Origin: Syncephalis fuscata S228
Lineage: Eukaryota > Fungi > Zoopagomycota
Reading direction: 5' to 3'
NCBI GenBank assembly: GCA_025786725.1
Contig: JAHLTZ010000007.1
Span: 1 to 64,000 of the forward strand
DNA: 64,000 nucleotides
Below the pieces are notes generated by a model, which did no database searches, was not told the DNA's origin, and worked only from the letters and a program-made list of their open reading frames with translations. Position 1 is the stretch's first letter; every line of letters starts with the position of its first letter. Of this stretch, positions 27,290-42,100 are shown piece after piece. The position numbers and the translations under genes were made by a program.

Positions 27290-30031
27290 TCTAAGAAGAA
27301 GCAGTAGTATGGGTCGTGCTAAGGTTGGAAGACTTGCTAGGTGTCGTGGTGGTTGGGACAGCGTTATTAGCAGCAGCCAGTGCAGCCAACTTTTGACGAC
27401 GCTTCTTCAATGCCTTTGTTAGCACTTGAGTAAGACCGGCTAGCAAATCGCTCATTTCAAATTCTTTACAGAACTTGGCCGCTACCTTAGCTGGATCGTC
27501 ATTCTAATATCAATATAATCGTTAATTAGTAAGTTGTAAATTATAAATAGATAACTACTTACCACGTGAAGTAAAAGTAATTGTTTACCAAAGTGTTTTG
27601 TCTCAATGTTAAGCTCAAGTGTAGATCGGCTTTTGCGCGATGATACTGATGAGCCGGCAGAAGAGGCGGTCTTTTTGCGCATAGCTGAATTAGTTGGAGG
27701 TAGTAAATGGTTAGAATTGCTGCTACTTCCAACTGTATTGGCGCTAGGCTGACGAGCTTTCGCCATCTTGGTCGATGACTTCTTGACGGGTGACATGCTG
27801 AAGGAGCTGGCTCGTGGACTTCTTCTTCAACCTCCTCAGACTCGGAAGCTGGAACTGGCTCCTTGCCTTTACTCTTCTTCTTAGCCACAGTTTTCTCCTT
27901 CTTCTCCTTCTTCTCCTTCTTCTTTTTGCTCTTTTTAGCTTCTTCTTCGCTGCTACTATCGCTACTGCTACTGCTACTGCTACTGTCGCTGCTCTTTTTT
28001 GTTGCTTTGGAACGAGACTTCTTTGAACGAGTAGTACGTTTTCTTTGCGTGCTACTTTGTGACTACTATCAGAATCAGAATCAGATTCATCGTCTGATGA
28101 TTCAGATGCCGTATTATCACTGCTCGTTCGTTGGCGTGCTTTTTGCCATTGCCACGACGCGTGCTTTGTGATTTAGTAGTTGATCGGCGTGCTACTGCAT
28201 CTGATTTAACGGTAACAGCTACCTCTGGCTCTTCAGTGGCCGTAGCAGCCTCTGTACTAGTAGCAACGGCCTCACTAGTATTGGCATGTACAGGACAGAT
28301 ACAAGGTGTAGCTGATCGAGTATCAGCTGCTCCAGCCTCAACCGTATTGTTAGTAGTAGCTACAACAGTTTGGTTAGCATGATAAGCTGGATGAGTAGGC
28401 GTTAATATACCAGCATTCAATTCACCAGCATTACGGTCATTACGAGGGAAGAATGAGAAAGGCGATGCGGTACCAGGTTCTACCATGGAATAGCCCATTG
28501 ACTTGTAGGCTAGCATGTTGTTATTGTGTTGTCATCTCTTAAACCATTCTTTAAGTGGGCAAGCTCATCATCGTCCTCTTCATTGTCAGATGAGCCGCTT
28601 AAATGGCCTTTCATACCACGGGATAGCCATGAACTATCCGCACCCATGACAGACGTCGTCATGGTTGATGAAGAGCCAAAAGTAGAGCCGGGCAAAGTAA
28701 CTTTACTCCATTCCTCGACCGTCTTCCATGGACGTGTATCTACCTTTGATACAGCCGGTGCCGGTATATCAATTGGATCGATAACTTGAATAGCCGGCTC
28801 TTGGCTATCTGTCGATGTACTAGTCTCTCGACTTTCTACTTGTACATTACTCGTGCTACTAGTATTGGCAGCATCAATTTCAGTCGTTTCAGTTTGTGTA
28901 GTCATCATTGTAGCAATGAAGTCATCGGTGCCAGTGCCAATATCCATCGTTTTTGCTCTACCTCTCTTTTGTTCAAAACGTCTTTCTTCAATAGGACGAG
29001 AAAAGAACTCTTGTTGCGCTTTAACTTCATCTAATAAACCAGGATGGCTTTCACCCCATGGAATAGCCGGCCCACTCGCTTTACCAAAGCCCTTGAATGA
29101 TTGCGGTACATTATCCGCTGAATTATTAGATAAACGTGAAATACGTCCCGTTTCACTAATATCCGAATGATCATTCCTATCTTCTTTATCTTCTGCCTCT
29201 TCAAGTAATACATCATCTGCTTGATGAGTCTGTACACCAAATATATCTACATCAATCGTGTTGTAGGCAAGTGGTGTATAGGCAACGCGGGGTGCTTCAC
29301 CAGCCGATATACGCCGCATTTCTGCTGAACGTACACGTTGATGCACCGGTGGCTGTAGTGGTGGTAGTGACACCGGTGGTGATGATTGTGGCGTAAAAGC
29401 TGAGGCTGCCATAGCCACTCTAACTGCATTAGCCGGTGTAGCTACAGAAGTAGATTTAGGCATAGTATCACGACTATCATCATCGGCAATAGCTGCTAGT
29501 CTAGCTTGTAGCTCTTGATGGACCAACTGTTGTAACTCAGCTGTCTTTTCAGCCGCCAACTCCAATGTATTGCTACTAGCTCTAGTGTCACATACAAATG
29601 GATCAGCTGTAGGATGATCTAATACGGCAACAGCGGTAACCAAACTAGTATCAGCCGGTACTGACACAGCATTAATATGATTGGTAGCTTGTCCCATGCG
29701 CTGTAACATGGCCGTATCTTTAACATTTGGCATATACATATCTGTATTATGTTGTGGCTGATGACTGGCCCGTCGAGGCGAAGTGGCACCATAAATAAAC
29801 GAATGCCGTCTTTCTTCATTCATTTGTTGTTGTTGCTGTTGCTGTTGTCGACTAATAAGACCTGGTGAAATAGCACCATAGATTAACGAATGACGTCTTT
29901 CTTCATTTCTTTGTTGTTGCTGCTGTTGCTGTTGTTGTTGTTGCAGATGTTGACTATTAAGGACTGGTGAACTAGCACTATGCATTAAAGAATGACGTCT
30001 AATTTCATTTCTTTGATGCTGCAAAAACTGC

Positions 30032-30063
<32 letters not shown>

Positions 30064-32725
30064 CATCTGCATTTGTTGTTGCATTTTCTGCATCTGCATC
30101 TGTTGTTGCATCTGTTGTTGCTGTGGTTCTTCAATCATAATAGATATACGTGGTGAGTGATTACCTTCAACAGATTCATTATGCGAACTAGCGCGAGTAG
30201 CTGGATACGCCGCAACAGACCAAGACTGATCGGGAGTCATTAAATGACCGGAACTGTCACTACGACGATAATAATTCAACATCATCGAAGTAGAACCCAA
30301 ATACAGTGGTGGTGGTGGCTGTAATAATGGCCGTACTTGACCGGCTGCCGTCATTCGACTTGATCCTTGTGGCGAGGCCGAGTACAATAGCTGCTGACTT
30401 TCATTATCACTATAGGATGCATCCAAATCGCTACTTTTATCCAGAATACGCCCTTCACCGACCCGTGTACCATTGCCCATACTGCTACTATCCTCGTCCA
30501 TACCTTCAAATTGTCGTCTAAAAAACTCATACTCTTCAGCCGATATATTTGATGGTGGCGCAGGTGAATGCAATGATCTATATTGTAAATGTTCCAATAT
30601 ACGTGGATGTGGTGGCTGATTTGGATGCAAATGTGTATTATGCATATATTGACGAGAAGTAAACGTATTGGCCGGTGACTGGTTATGTGGACGTCCTTGT
30701 GTTTGGTGTTCTATTACATAAACATACCATTAACATCATTATTCAATATGAACCATATTAGCTTACCTGGCATAATAGGTGAATGCATATAGAATTCATG
30801 TGTGCTCCGACTATATTCAGATGGTTCTACACCATCACTTGTCTGTTTTCCACGATGTAGTCCATTATCAGCATGACTTGTATCATCGCTATCATCATCG
30901 TCGTCACCGTCATCGTCATGATCATGTCGTCGTCATCATGTTCGTGTTCATGTTCATCTGAACCTTGTCCATCTTCACTATGTGTATGTTGTGGCAGTGT
31001 ATACTCCATAGCATATCCTTCCATCACTTCTTGTCCATTATGTGTAGATGGATTATCCAACATCAGTGAATGATGAGGCGAGTAGTAATCAGGCACGACA
31101 GGTGTCACTACTCTATGTTGAGGTCCAGGTGAGTGTCCATGATGTATATGTCCAGGCATTAACTGACTATCTGGCAGTGTATTAGGTGGTAAATGTGAAT
31201 ATCCAGATAGTAACATCGAATCATTCATATCCATGCCATATCCAGTATGTGGATGTGGATGTGGATGTGCAGGTGGTGGATATTCATGATTCATACCATT
31301 GGCGTATAAATAGTCACGTTCATCTCTTCCTTCATCACTTAATGTTTCTTGATAGTGTTGTGGATGATAATGGATATTATCATGTAAATGATGTGGATGG
31401 TGTGGATGATGAACATGATGTGGATGATGTTGAATATGATGCATATGATGTGGATTATATGAATGATGTGAATGCATCGACATATTGGGCGAATAAATAT
31501 GTGGTGAAGATATTCTGGCTGAATTCATAGGTTGTACTGGTGCATTATTTATGTTATTAGTGTTAATATTAGTAGTGTTGGTATTAGAATTAATAGTAGC
31601 ATGGTTGCTATTAGTAGAAGTTAAAACATCAGGTACAACCATTGAAGCATTGTTTTCCTCTCCAGTATTTGTATATGGATGAATTGGGTGAGCAGGATGT
31701 GGGTGTCCTTGCCATGTACTGTTATTCTCTACTCGTCCCTCTTGATCTTCTGGTGATATGACACTATAAAATAAATCATTAGTCATTAGTAATTAGTATA
31801 AATTAGTATAAATTAGTATAAATTATAATTACCGTATCATTTCACCCCAATCCGATAATGGTGCAGTCCCTTCTAAACTGCCCGTATCTTCATTGTAATA
31901 AAGTCCTCCTTCTGGATGTTCCATATCCATTGGATATTGAACAGAGGGTGCAGAGGGTGGATATGGATAGATTGGATATTCACCTTCACCTTCACCTTCA
32001 TGTAAGCGCATCATTCTATGGGCTTCTTTATCGGCCACCATTAGATCATCATAGTGAACAACTTCAAACTCTTCTGTAAATGATGAATTGGCCGGGCCAC
32101 CTCCAGGTTGACTATGCCAATCAGCCCAACTGCCTGGTCTATTATGGGCATGTGGATGGGCATAATAAGCATGGTCATACATCGGTCCAGGCGGATGATG
32201 TCTCATACGATTCATAGAGGGAAATCGACCACCACTACTACTATGCATCATATAAGGGGCCATCCTATAATCAGGATGACCATACATAACATCTGTGTTT
32301 GCTGATGTAGCAATAGATAATGAGGGTGAAGCGACACGTTGCGGTGTAGTAAACATCGGTGTTGGTACAATATGGCCTAGACCCAATTCTCCGCTTCCTT
32401 GGCTTTCTCCTTCGTCAAATCCGATGGACGGTATATGGGGTAGACGTACTTTGACATCACCTCGAATATCCTTTGGTAGATTGACGACGACCGAACTAGG
32501 CGATACTGCTCCAGCTGCGGTAATTGGTGTAGTTGTAGTAGTAGTGGTTGTAGTGGTTGCGGTAGAAGTAGTTGCCGCAGCATTAAACTGGAAATCTTTT
32601 AGTAATACCTTTTCTCTCGTTGCTTTATGGCCTGGTAAGTGGACTTGTAATAATTGAGGCGATGGCGGTAATAGTTGTGGTGAGGGAGCACCACTCCTTA
32701 AATGACCATCATCCATAGTATACAC
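27290..32725 (-). CDS. Large intrinsically disordered His/Pro/Gln/Ser-rich protein of unknown function
   Basis: Consecutive long minus-strand ORFs (31829-32725, 30827-31786, 28510-30645, 28052-28516, 27559-27888) joined by GT-AG introns and apparent 1-nt frameshifts; polyQ tracts and a Lys-rich C-terminal part. No recognised domain. Confidence 0.6.
29820..30125 (-). repeat. CAG/CAA polyglutamine tracts with three NE(E/I)RRHS repeats
   Basis: tgttgc/ctg runs on + strand; translated Qn-RNEIRRHSL, Qn-RNEERRHSL and Qn-MNEERRHSF. Confidence 0.9.
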
Positions 32726-33940
32726 TGCCTACTACCCCTTAATAGTCGTGATAGATGTGTGTCTACTATAGATGTATTGAAATAAAATAATACGCCACCT
32801 ATAACTAATGTGTAATAACAAGTAAAAAAGAGAAAGGAAAACTAGTGCGTATCGAGGTGGGTGCACCGTTACTGTTACTGCTGCTCCTCCTCTTACTATT
32901 GCGGCTCTGTTACTGTTGTTTTGAACACGTGCAGAAGGAAAAGCCAACGTACAAGGAATTCCTTGGCCACTGCAATGGCTATGCATGCACCACCACTGTA
33001 TATACACGTGGAATCAGTGATGTTCACACGTACGCCTTTAAATAACGACAATCAATCAATGTATGGCGTGGATAAGACACTTAAAGCACTAATGACAGCA
33101 GTAGTAGCAGTGGTAGTAGCAGTAGTAGCAGTATTGTAAAGATTTAAAAAGTGCAGCACAAAAGAATAAGAAAGAAAATACTAAATTTAACCAGGATGAT
33201 CCATGCGCCTTGGTTTCTATCATTGCTTATTTATTAAAGAGGTGACAATTTAATGGTGTTACTGGTAGTGTCTGTTTGGTATCTGTCCAATATAGTCGAT
33301 ACTTTGACATTTGGTCATCGGCAAACAGTCAATGGCACATGTTACCAGTCATACATCACTCACATCCTTGTCTTCACTTTGTTTATAGTAAATCCATGGG
33401 CTGGTTGGCCATGCCTTACCGACACCGAGTGGACCACGCTATAACAAGGAGGAAGAGGATACAAGGACAGTGAAGGAAGGATAACGTATAACATGCGTTG
33501 TATTATTCTACCGCTGCAGTGTCGTAATAAGAACCAATGTGTTGGCTAAAAGGCATCCATCTTATTAGACAGTTTTATATACATGCGGTCTAGTATGCAA
33601 TGGTTCTACTAGACAGGGAAATGCGGTGATAGCCTCATTGTATCTAATGAATTACCAAGTGTGGGATGGATTTCTACGTTGTTTCACAATAAAATAGATG
33701 TTTATTTTTGGTAAACAACACGACTTATATGGTAATATCTAACTTTTTTGCTCCTACAAATGCTTTGCTTGAATAAATAAATAACTATGCTATTTAGCTA
33801 TAAAAAATAGAGCAGAGCAGCTATTTAAACAGCGCTCAATAGTGCCAAAATCGTTTCTTTATCCATTTCTTGCCTACTACACATCGTTACTTTCTTTGCT
33901 AGAATTCATCGTATAGAAAACGGTTTTACGAACGAACATT

Positions 33941-34950
33941 ATGACCTTTATCAATACATTGCTACTATTACCATTGCTGATTCAAGCAGCTATAGCAACG
34001 TCTACTTCATCCTCTTCCCGTAAGAGTAAACGTCTATTAATTTTATTAAATAGTATTATTAACCTTTATTGTAACTTTTTAAATAGTTGAATATTTAAAC
34101 GCTGAATTAACTAAAGAATTTCCATTCAACCAACGTAAACTTTCTATTTCCTCTCCTTTTGTTCAGAAAAATGATGCTTTTGTAACAAAAGGATTATATC
34201 AAAAAATACCATCAAGGTTACATGTGGAACACCTAATAACAAAGATATAGGCTATACGCCCATTGATGTTTACCAGGTAGGTTGTAAAATGACGTTTGAG
34301 TAATAGCAGCTAATAATACAAATGCCAAATATAATAGAGTCTCATTGATAGACCTCTTCCTGCAAACCATCCGAATGCCAAGGGCAAACAGTACATTGCT
34401 GCACCAATTCTTAATACTAAATTTGGAGATATGCATTGCTATTCACTCCAACTGAGTGTAGAATGAATATTAATGCATTTATTAATGATGCTCTTCCTCA
34501 ATATAAGCAAAACCAGGATATTGCAGCCAAAAAAGTACTGGATCAAGTTGTTGGTGGTATGTGTCTATTATACTATAATTGTTTTATTAATACGAGCTGA
34601 CTAGGCATGCAATATCTAATGAACATGGGGTGGATTTATCATGCTAATATGCTTGGTAAGTGTATTAATTATTTTAGATGTTAACTAACTTGTTATTAGA
34701 AATATGCGTTCAGCCTGATAACTCTGTGCTGTTTACTAACTTTGACAAGACAGTTTCTAAGCACAGTTTCTCTAACATGCCTAAAACCAGTATAGATACA
34801 TTTATTTTCACAGTAAATTTACAAGCTAAACAAGTTCTTAACGGTCTTTACAAGTATACATCCTCAGGCGCTGATAATCAAGCACTGAATTACAGAAACT
34901 CTATCGCAATGTACTTTTGTCCAAACCAAGTTGCTAGAGAGTCCAAATAG
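33941..34950 (+). CDS. Secreted protein with degenerate protein-kinase-like fold, paralog A
   Basis: Signal peptide MTFINTLLLLPLLIQAAIA; IKVTCG; short exon GMQYLMNMGWIYHANML followed by EICVQPDNSVLFTNFDKT. Confidence 0.6.
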
Positions 34951-35594
34951 ACTACGTTAATAAACTATTAGATTCTAGTCTATAATGACTTGCAATGTGG
35001 CCAAAGTTAGTAAAGGTTACTGAAAAGCAAATGCTTGGATTGTTCTTTCGAACACTATAATAAAATTGGTCGATGTTTAAAATGTGTTGCCTATTTTTAT
35101 TGACCGACAAAAATTGCAGCTTAAATTGGCAACTAACACGACAAAAACGGGCTATTGATGAGCGGGAAAAGAAACGAGCAGTCACACATGTAGCGCTAAT
35201 AAAAATCATTGGCCACGTGCAAATTGGTGCCATGATGGGGCTGCAATAGAACGAAATGGCAATAGCAATAGAAAAAACATTTACTTTGCTGCATATTTAT
35301 TAAACATGTAATTTAAGAAGATGCAACATGCTTTCTGTAATGTATTAAATGATTATATAGCTAAATGATTATTTGAATGTGTTAAAATATATAGATACTA
35401 CTGCTGAATATACAGGTTGTTACCAATACAAATTAATAAACTAAAAATGTTATGTTAGCATATGTCAAACGTACTAATTAAGCAGTGCATACTTTTAAAT
35501 ATTTTAAGTAATTTAAAAATGTATACTTTTATCTCTTTCTTTTTGTCGTAATAAACCTCAGTATCGCGGTCATTTAAAATAAGAATATCCAAGA

Positions 35595-36752
35595 ATGCTG
35601 TTTAAATCATCAGTTATTCTTAGCACACTGTTGCTATCGGTAATGACGCAAATAGCGATAGCAGCTTTTAGAGAACCCAGTAATAGCGAAAGTAAGCTAC
35701 GATCATCTGATTTGCACAATGCATTAATTTATTTATAATATCCAAGTAAATAAGCTTTTCAATATGCAAACAAATAAAGCAGATGCTTTTAAACAATCCA
35801 GTTTGCTTCTTTTTCCAGATTTTGAATTAAATGGCGGTATTCACTCTACTACAGGATACTATAATGATGATAACATTAAGATTACGTGTGGAAAACTTGC
35901 CATAAACAATAGAGGCCATACAGCTATTGATGTTTATCATGTATGTACCATAAAATATTGTCTAAATACAAGTAATAGCACTAATACTATAGCCTTTAAA
36001 TATGATAGAGTCTTATCAATCGGCCATTGTTTGCAAACCATGCAGATGCCAAGGGTCGACGATACATAGCTGTACCAATTCATCATTTCCGTGTTGGTGC
36101 TTATTATTGCTATATCACTAAGAATGAGTGTAAAATGAGCCTAAATCAATTTCTACATGGCTATCTTTACCATCTTCAATCGAAACAAGTTGGCGTGGCT
36201 GGATTAGCAATGTCACAAATTGCCGATGGTATAGAGTTAAATGATAGCAATGAATTATACTAATAAGTCATTTGGCTAGGTCTACGCTATCTAAAGAGTA
36301 TGGGATGGTATTATACGCTTAACATACCTAGTAAGTCGATAAATTACATTTAAAATTAATCTAACTTGCTTTCAGAACTATGCTTTAACGCTGATAATAC
36401 AGTAATGTTTGAAGATTTTACTCAAACTTATCACATGTATGATATTTCAATATCGCCATTAAATTTTATAAATTTCTTTATAGAATCATCAAATGAGCGC
36501 CTTATATACGCCTTTTTTAACCTTTACAAATACATCAATCCACAACTTGAAACCGACGCAACCATTGATCTAATAGCTGACTTGTATGATGATCTATTCC
36601 TATCTAATTACAAAGTAATAATAGGCTCGCACGAGCTACCAACATTCCGCGAAAGTCGTAATGACCCATTGTTGGCTTCGAGTATTCAGCCACCTCAGTA
36701 TGATTCCATTCAAGAAACATCCACCAGCAATACCCAGACCAATACACAATAA
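35595..36752 (+). CDS. Secreted protein with degenerate protein-kinase-like fold, paralog B
   Basis: Signal peptide MLFKSSVILSTLLLSVMTQIAIA; IKITCG; short exon GLRYLKSMGWYYTLNIP followed by ELCFNADNTVMFEDFTQT; similar intron layout to paralog A. Confidence 0.65.
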
Positions 36753-36901
36753 ATAAATAGATTATTAAATACAATAGAAATCAACATTAAACATAACCAA
36801 TAATATTTCAAATGTATTTTCAAATAGATCAACAAGCAGCAAATTAATGTATAAAGGCTTTATTGGCAATGATTAAGGCAATCAACATTATAATATTACG
36901 C

Positions 36902-38801
36902 TTAAGCATCAACGCCAAAGGCTGGAATGCCTGTAATAGCCCGACCAAGAATGAGTGCATGGACATCATGTGTGCCTATCATTGTTTCTGTATTAGCCGG
37001 CTGTTCTTTTTTCTATTATATTAATTACCTTCATAAGTATTAACTGCTTCTAAATTCATGGCATGGCGAATAATATGATATTCATCGCTTACACCGTTAC
37101 CTAATGCACAATGATTTGTTAGATAAATTCCTATTATAGGTAATTGTTTATTACCGCCAAGAACATCTCGCATTTGTCTAGCTATATCCAATGCTTTACC
37201 ACAGGAATTGCGCTTGATCATAGACACCATTTCAGGTGCAAGCAAGTTTTGATCCTTAAGACGGCCTACTTGCAAGCAAGCTTGAAGACCAATACCAATC
37301 TATTAGCATGTTATTAATATCAATCATTTAGCAATAACTTTATAATTATTACCTCAGTATTAGCATCGGCAAACTTCTTTTGAATCAACTGGAATCTGGC
37401 CAATGGTACATCAAATTGTTTACTGTGCACTACACTTAGTCATTACACAGCAAGAATCTATTTTATACTAACCGATTTAGCGCATATTCACGGGCCTGAG
37501 CCAAGCAAAACTCGGCTGCACCAAGTGCTCCCCAAGCAATGCCATATCGTGCATTGTTCAAACAACCAAATGGCCCCTAGTCTTTGTTAACTACCACTGT
37601 ATATGATTTGTACTATTTATCTACCTTTAATCCAGATACATTCGGAAGCAAGTTTTCGGCTGGCACTTCGACATTATCCATATGAATCATTCCGGTAATA
37701 GAAGCACGAAGCGAAAACTTGCCCTTAATGACAGGGGCAGTCAATCCTTTCATGCCTTTCTCCAGTATGAATCCTCTAATCTTGCCATCATCTGCCGTCT
37801 TGGCCCAGATAATAAATACATCGGCAATGGGTGAGTTGGTGATCCAAGTCTTGGCACCATTCAAAATATAGACACCGTCGTTGTTGCGTCGTGCCACTGT
37901 CTCCATACTGCCTGGATCACTGCCGTGATTTGGCTCGGTAAGTCCAAAACAGCCGACCTTTGCACCAGAAGCTAATTAATCATGGTTGACATTAGTGTCT
38001 ACGTATGCACTTTACAAGTAGTATATTGCTATATTACCAAGATCAGGAAGATATTTGTCCTTTTGAGCATCTGTGCCATATGCATAGATAGGATGCATGA
38101 CAAGCGATGACTGCACACTCATCATTGAGCGATAGCCGCTATCCACACTAATAGTTGTTCAGTAAGCAGCACTACTACCCATTGGTAATATCTTACCGTT
38201 CAACTTCACGGGCAATAAGTCCATAGGCTACAGAGGACGCGCCAGCGCAACCGTAACCGTCAATGGTGACACCTAGCATGCCCATTTCGCCAAATTCACG
38301 AAAGATATCACGATCAACCGCTAGAGTAGAAGATAAATTGTTATTAGTTGCTTAGTTGCAGTGCATGCAGCCACTTACTTTCATGGCGATTGGCTTCAAT
38401 AATGCGCGGAAACAATTTGGACTGACAATAATCGCGTGCCGAGTCACTATCATAGTAGCATATACCATAGTAGCATATAGTTTTATTAACAAATAACAAT
38501 ATTCTCACTAAACTTACCGCATAATAATTTCGTCAGAGGTAAGCTGAGACGTTAGATTAAGCGGGTCTGTCCAGTCATATTTGACAAACTCTATTATGTA
38601 GATTAGCACGGCTACATTAGTAGCTAGTACTAACACTGCTACCTACTTGACTGAGAGGCTAAACCACGCTGAGCTATATTTCCAAACATATATTATTAGC
38701 GCGGTTTATAATACACGTCATAATACAAGTCTACCTAGTAGAGTAGGACGGCCGATCTTTAAAGCGGTGGCACCCGTGCGACGTGCAGTTGAAGAAAACA
38801 T
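36902..38801 (-). CDS. GCDH: Glutaryl-CoA dehydrogenase, mitochondrial
   Basis: [82 protein letters not shown]; includes a 12-nt exon at 38647-38658. Confidence 0.93.
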
Positions 38802-39169
38802 ATTTGTTTGCGTATATGCAAGCACTAGCTGCAATGAACAAATATACCAGAGGTAATGACGATATAAGCAGAAGAAGAAGAGCGTCAAGGCGGAAAGACT
38901 TGTTCAATGTTTCCCACGCTATTTCTACGTAAATATTATTTATAGATAATTAGCGTAGATAATAACTATTAATCAATGCACTAGTTAAAAATGACTAAAA
39001 AAGGTTTTTTTTCTTTTATTACGAAGGAACACCACCAACCAGCAGTGTCACGCACGTTGCTGTTGCTGCTATTTACCGTCGCCGTCGTTGTTGCTGTCGC
39101 CGTTGTTGTTGACGTTGCCGTTGCTACATTTCTACCGTTTCTTCTACTGTCGTACTTTATTGTTTCGCC

Positions 39170-42100
39170 ATGTCCGAGGCCCAACAACTTCTTCAGACGT
39201 TCAGTGCTACGCTCCACCATGATCCGCAAGTACGCGGTCAGGCGGAGGCTCAATTAAAAAGCGTAAGTTTAATGATTGCAATTAAATGTAAATAAACAGG
39301 CCGTACTAATAGTAACAACTTGCCTACTCGCAGATTGAAGGAACACCCGGCAGTCTATCGTTAGTACTTGAATTGATTACTTCGTCGGAAGTAGACGGTT
39401 CTACACGTCAAGCAGGTAGGTCGTTAGTAAATAAATAAAAAACCTTTTATTCAATAATAACAATAATGCTTTTACTACTATCTGCTATTAATTAAATATT
39501 TAAATAGCTTCTATTTTCTTTAAAAATAGCATCCGTCGCAACTGGAGGCCATCGAACGTAGAACAATCGGCAACCTCTATCAATGACCAAGATAAAGAAT
39601 TGATCAAGGGTAAACTATTACAGGCCATTGCCTTTACGCCTAGTAATATTAGGTAAGTAAAATGTAGATATATAATATTGAAATATGAGTATTAATTCAC
39701 TTATGAATTCAATTCAGTGCTCAATTGGTCACTTGTCTCAGCGTCATTTTAGAGACTGAATATCCAGATAATTGGCCACAATTCCTACCAATGTTGCAAG
39801 AAATGGTACAGAACAGTGAACAGCACGTTATTCATGCTGGTCTTTCCTCATTAAGAGAATCTGTTAAGTTTACCAGTAAGCTATTTATATTTATATATGT
39901 ATATCTTTATAGTAGCTGTATCGCTAATAAACCAACCAATTATCAACTAGATGGCGATCCAAGGGCCGTCGAGAACCATTACAGGAGATTATTCGAGTTA
40001 TGTTCCCGCAAATATTGACTATTGGCCAGCAACTGCTTGCTTATGACAACGCCGAGGCTGGCGAGATGCTTAAAATTATATGCAAGTGTTACTTTTCATC
40101 AACGCTACACGAACTATCCGAATTACAACAAGAAGCTAGCTCGATTACTGCCTGGATGACATTGTTCCTTCAAATGATTGAAAAGATGATTCCTCTTAAT
40201 ATGCTACCTGAAGATTTGGATGAACGTGAAAAGTTCGCCTGGTTTAAAGCAAAGAAATGGGCTATGCACTGTGTTAACCGACTATTTGCTCGGTAAGTTG
40301 TTATTCATAGTTATTAGACGCACCAAGTACTAATCAATTATATTTGCTATTTATTTAGTTATGGCAATCCAGCATTATTGGTTGGTGCCGGTGCCAAGTA
40401 CAATCAGTTCGCTGAAGCTTTTGTAAACGAGTTAATGCCAAATATCCTACGTGTCTATCTTGGCCAAGTCGAACAAACCGTTGCCGGTAACACTTGGATG
40501 AGTCAGCGATGCAGTGCTCTTTGTTGCCATTTATTATGTGACAGGTAATTAGAAGCGGCAATCTATTAGTTATTTGTTACTATTTAACTAATCTAATCTA
40601 ATCTATTCTATTCTATTATTGCAATTAGTATTAAGCACAAATCTACTTGGGCAGTTGTTAAACCACACGTTGAAGCATTAGTGGCGCATTTCATCTTTCC
40701 TCAACTATGCATTCGACTTGAAGATGAAACCATTTGGAGTGAGGATCCTATCGATTATGTGAATAAGAAGGCTGGTATGTGGTATATCTATTAGAATGCA
40801 TAAACACCCAAATGGTGTCTAACTAATATGGCCATGCTATTAATTAATAGATCCATTAGAGGATATGCGTTCACCAACCAGTGCAGCCATCACCTTACTA
40901 TTTGAACTTGTTCGTGATCGTAAAAGGGTAACATTTAAGCCAATTCTTAACTTCCTCAGCTCTGTTTTGATAAGGTAAATACTTACTTATTCTTATCTAT
41001 AATAACAGTATCAATACTTATAAATACTTATAGATATCAACAATCGCCAGTTGAATCACGTAATCCACGTGAAAAGGATGGTGCTCTTTGTATGATGGGA
41101 TGTCTAGCTGATCAAATGTTATCAAAGGTATACAATTTATTATGCACAAATAGTGCTATATCTAACACAACTATGCTGTATAGACATCTCCAGTTCAAGG
41201 TGAAGCAGAAGGTTTTATTATGACGCATATCTATCCTGAATTCACCAGTCCTGTTGCTTATTTAAGAGCTAGAGCCTGTGAGACAATGGGCAAGTTTGAC
41301 CATCTTACATTTACTAATACACAGGTTAGTTGAAATATAATGTATTCATTCTATATAGCAACACTAATTAAATAAATAGCATCCTCAAATGATTGCTGAA
41401 GCCACATTGGGCTGTTTAAGAGATACAGAATTGCCTGTACGTGCTGCTGCTGCCATGTCTCTTCAGCCATTGTTGCGTTTTGAACACGGTAAGAGTTGAT
41501 TGACATAGCAGATTTATTTATACTAAACTATTGGTTTATGTAGTGCGTCCAATTATTGTACAACATCTACCAGACATTATGCAAGAGTTCCTTAGACTTA
41601 CAAACCAGATCGATGTTGATGCTTTGTCCAGTGTTACTGATGAATTCTTTGAAGTATTTGGTGAAGAGTTGGCTCCATTTGCCGTAGAAATCTGTGGTCA
41701 ATTGGTAACTTATAATACATTTATACATTAGTCCATCTAACATTAATATGTTTAGTGTGAAGTCTATCTTCGTATCTTAAACGAAGTAGTTGCTGCAGAT
41801 AGTCGAGCTGAAGAAAGCATGGCTCAAGCAAATGACTACGAAGAGGCCACGGTATGCTAGTTACTTATTGATTGGCTAGTAACATACGCTAACAACACTT
41901 TAATAGGATAAAACAATGAATGCCATTGGTGTATTGAAGAATATTGCCAATTTAATGACTAGTCTAGAATCACGCCCAGAGGTATTTACATATAATATAT
42001 ATATATTATTCGATTAAAATGAATTAATGAAATGAACGGTATTATATAGATTCAAGAACAGTTGGAACAAGCAGTCATTCCTATTATTACTTTTACACTT

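Noticed and set aside
27814-33139. Numerous plus-strand ORFs rich in Leu/Val/Ser
   Set aside because: Antisense shadows of low-complexity minus-strand coding sequence and microsatellites.
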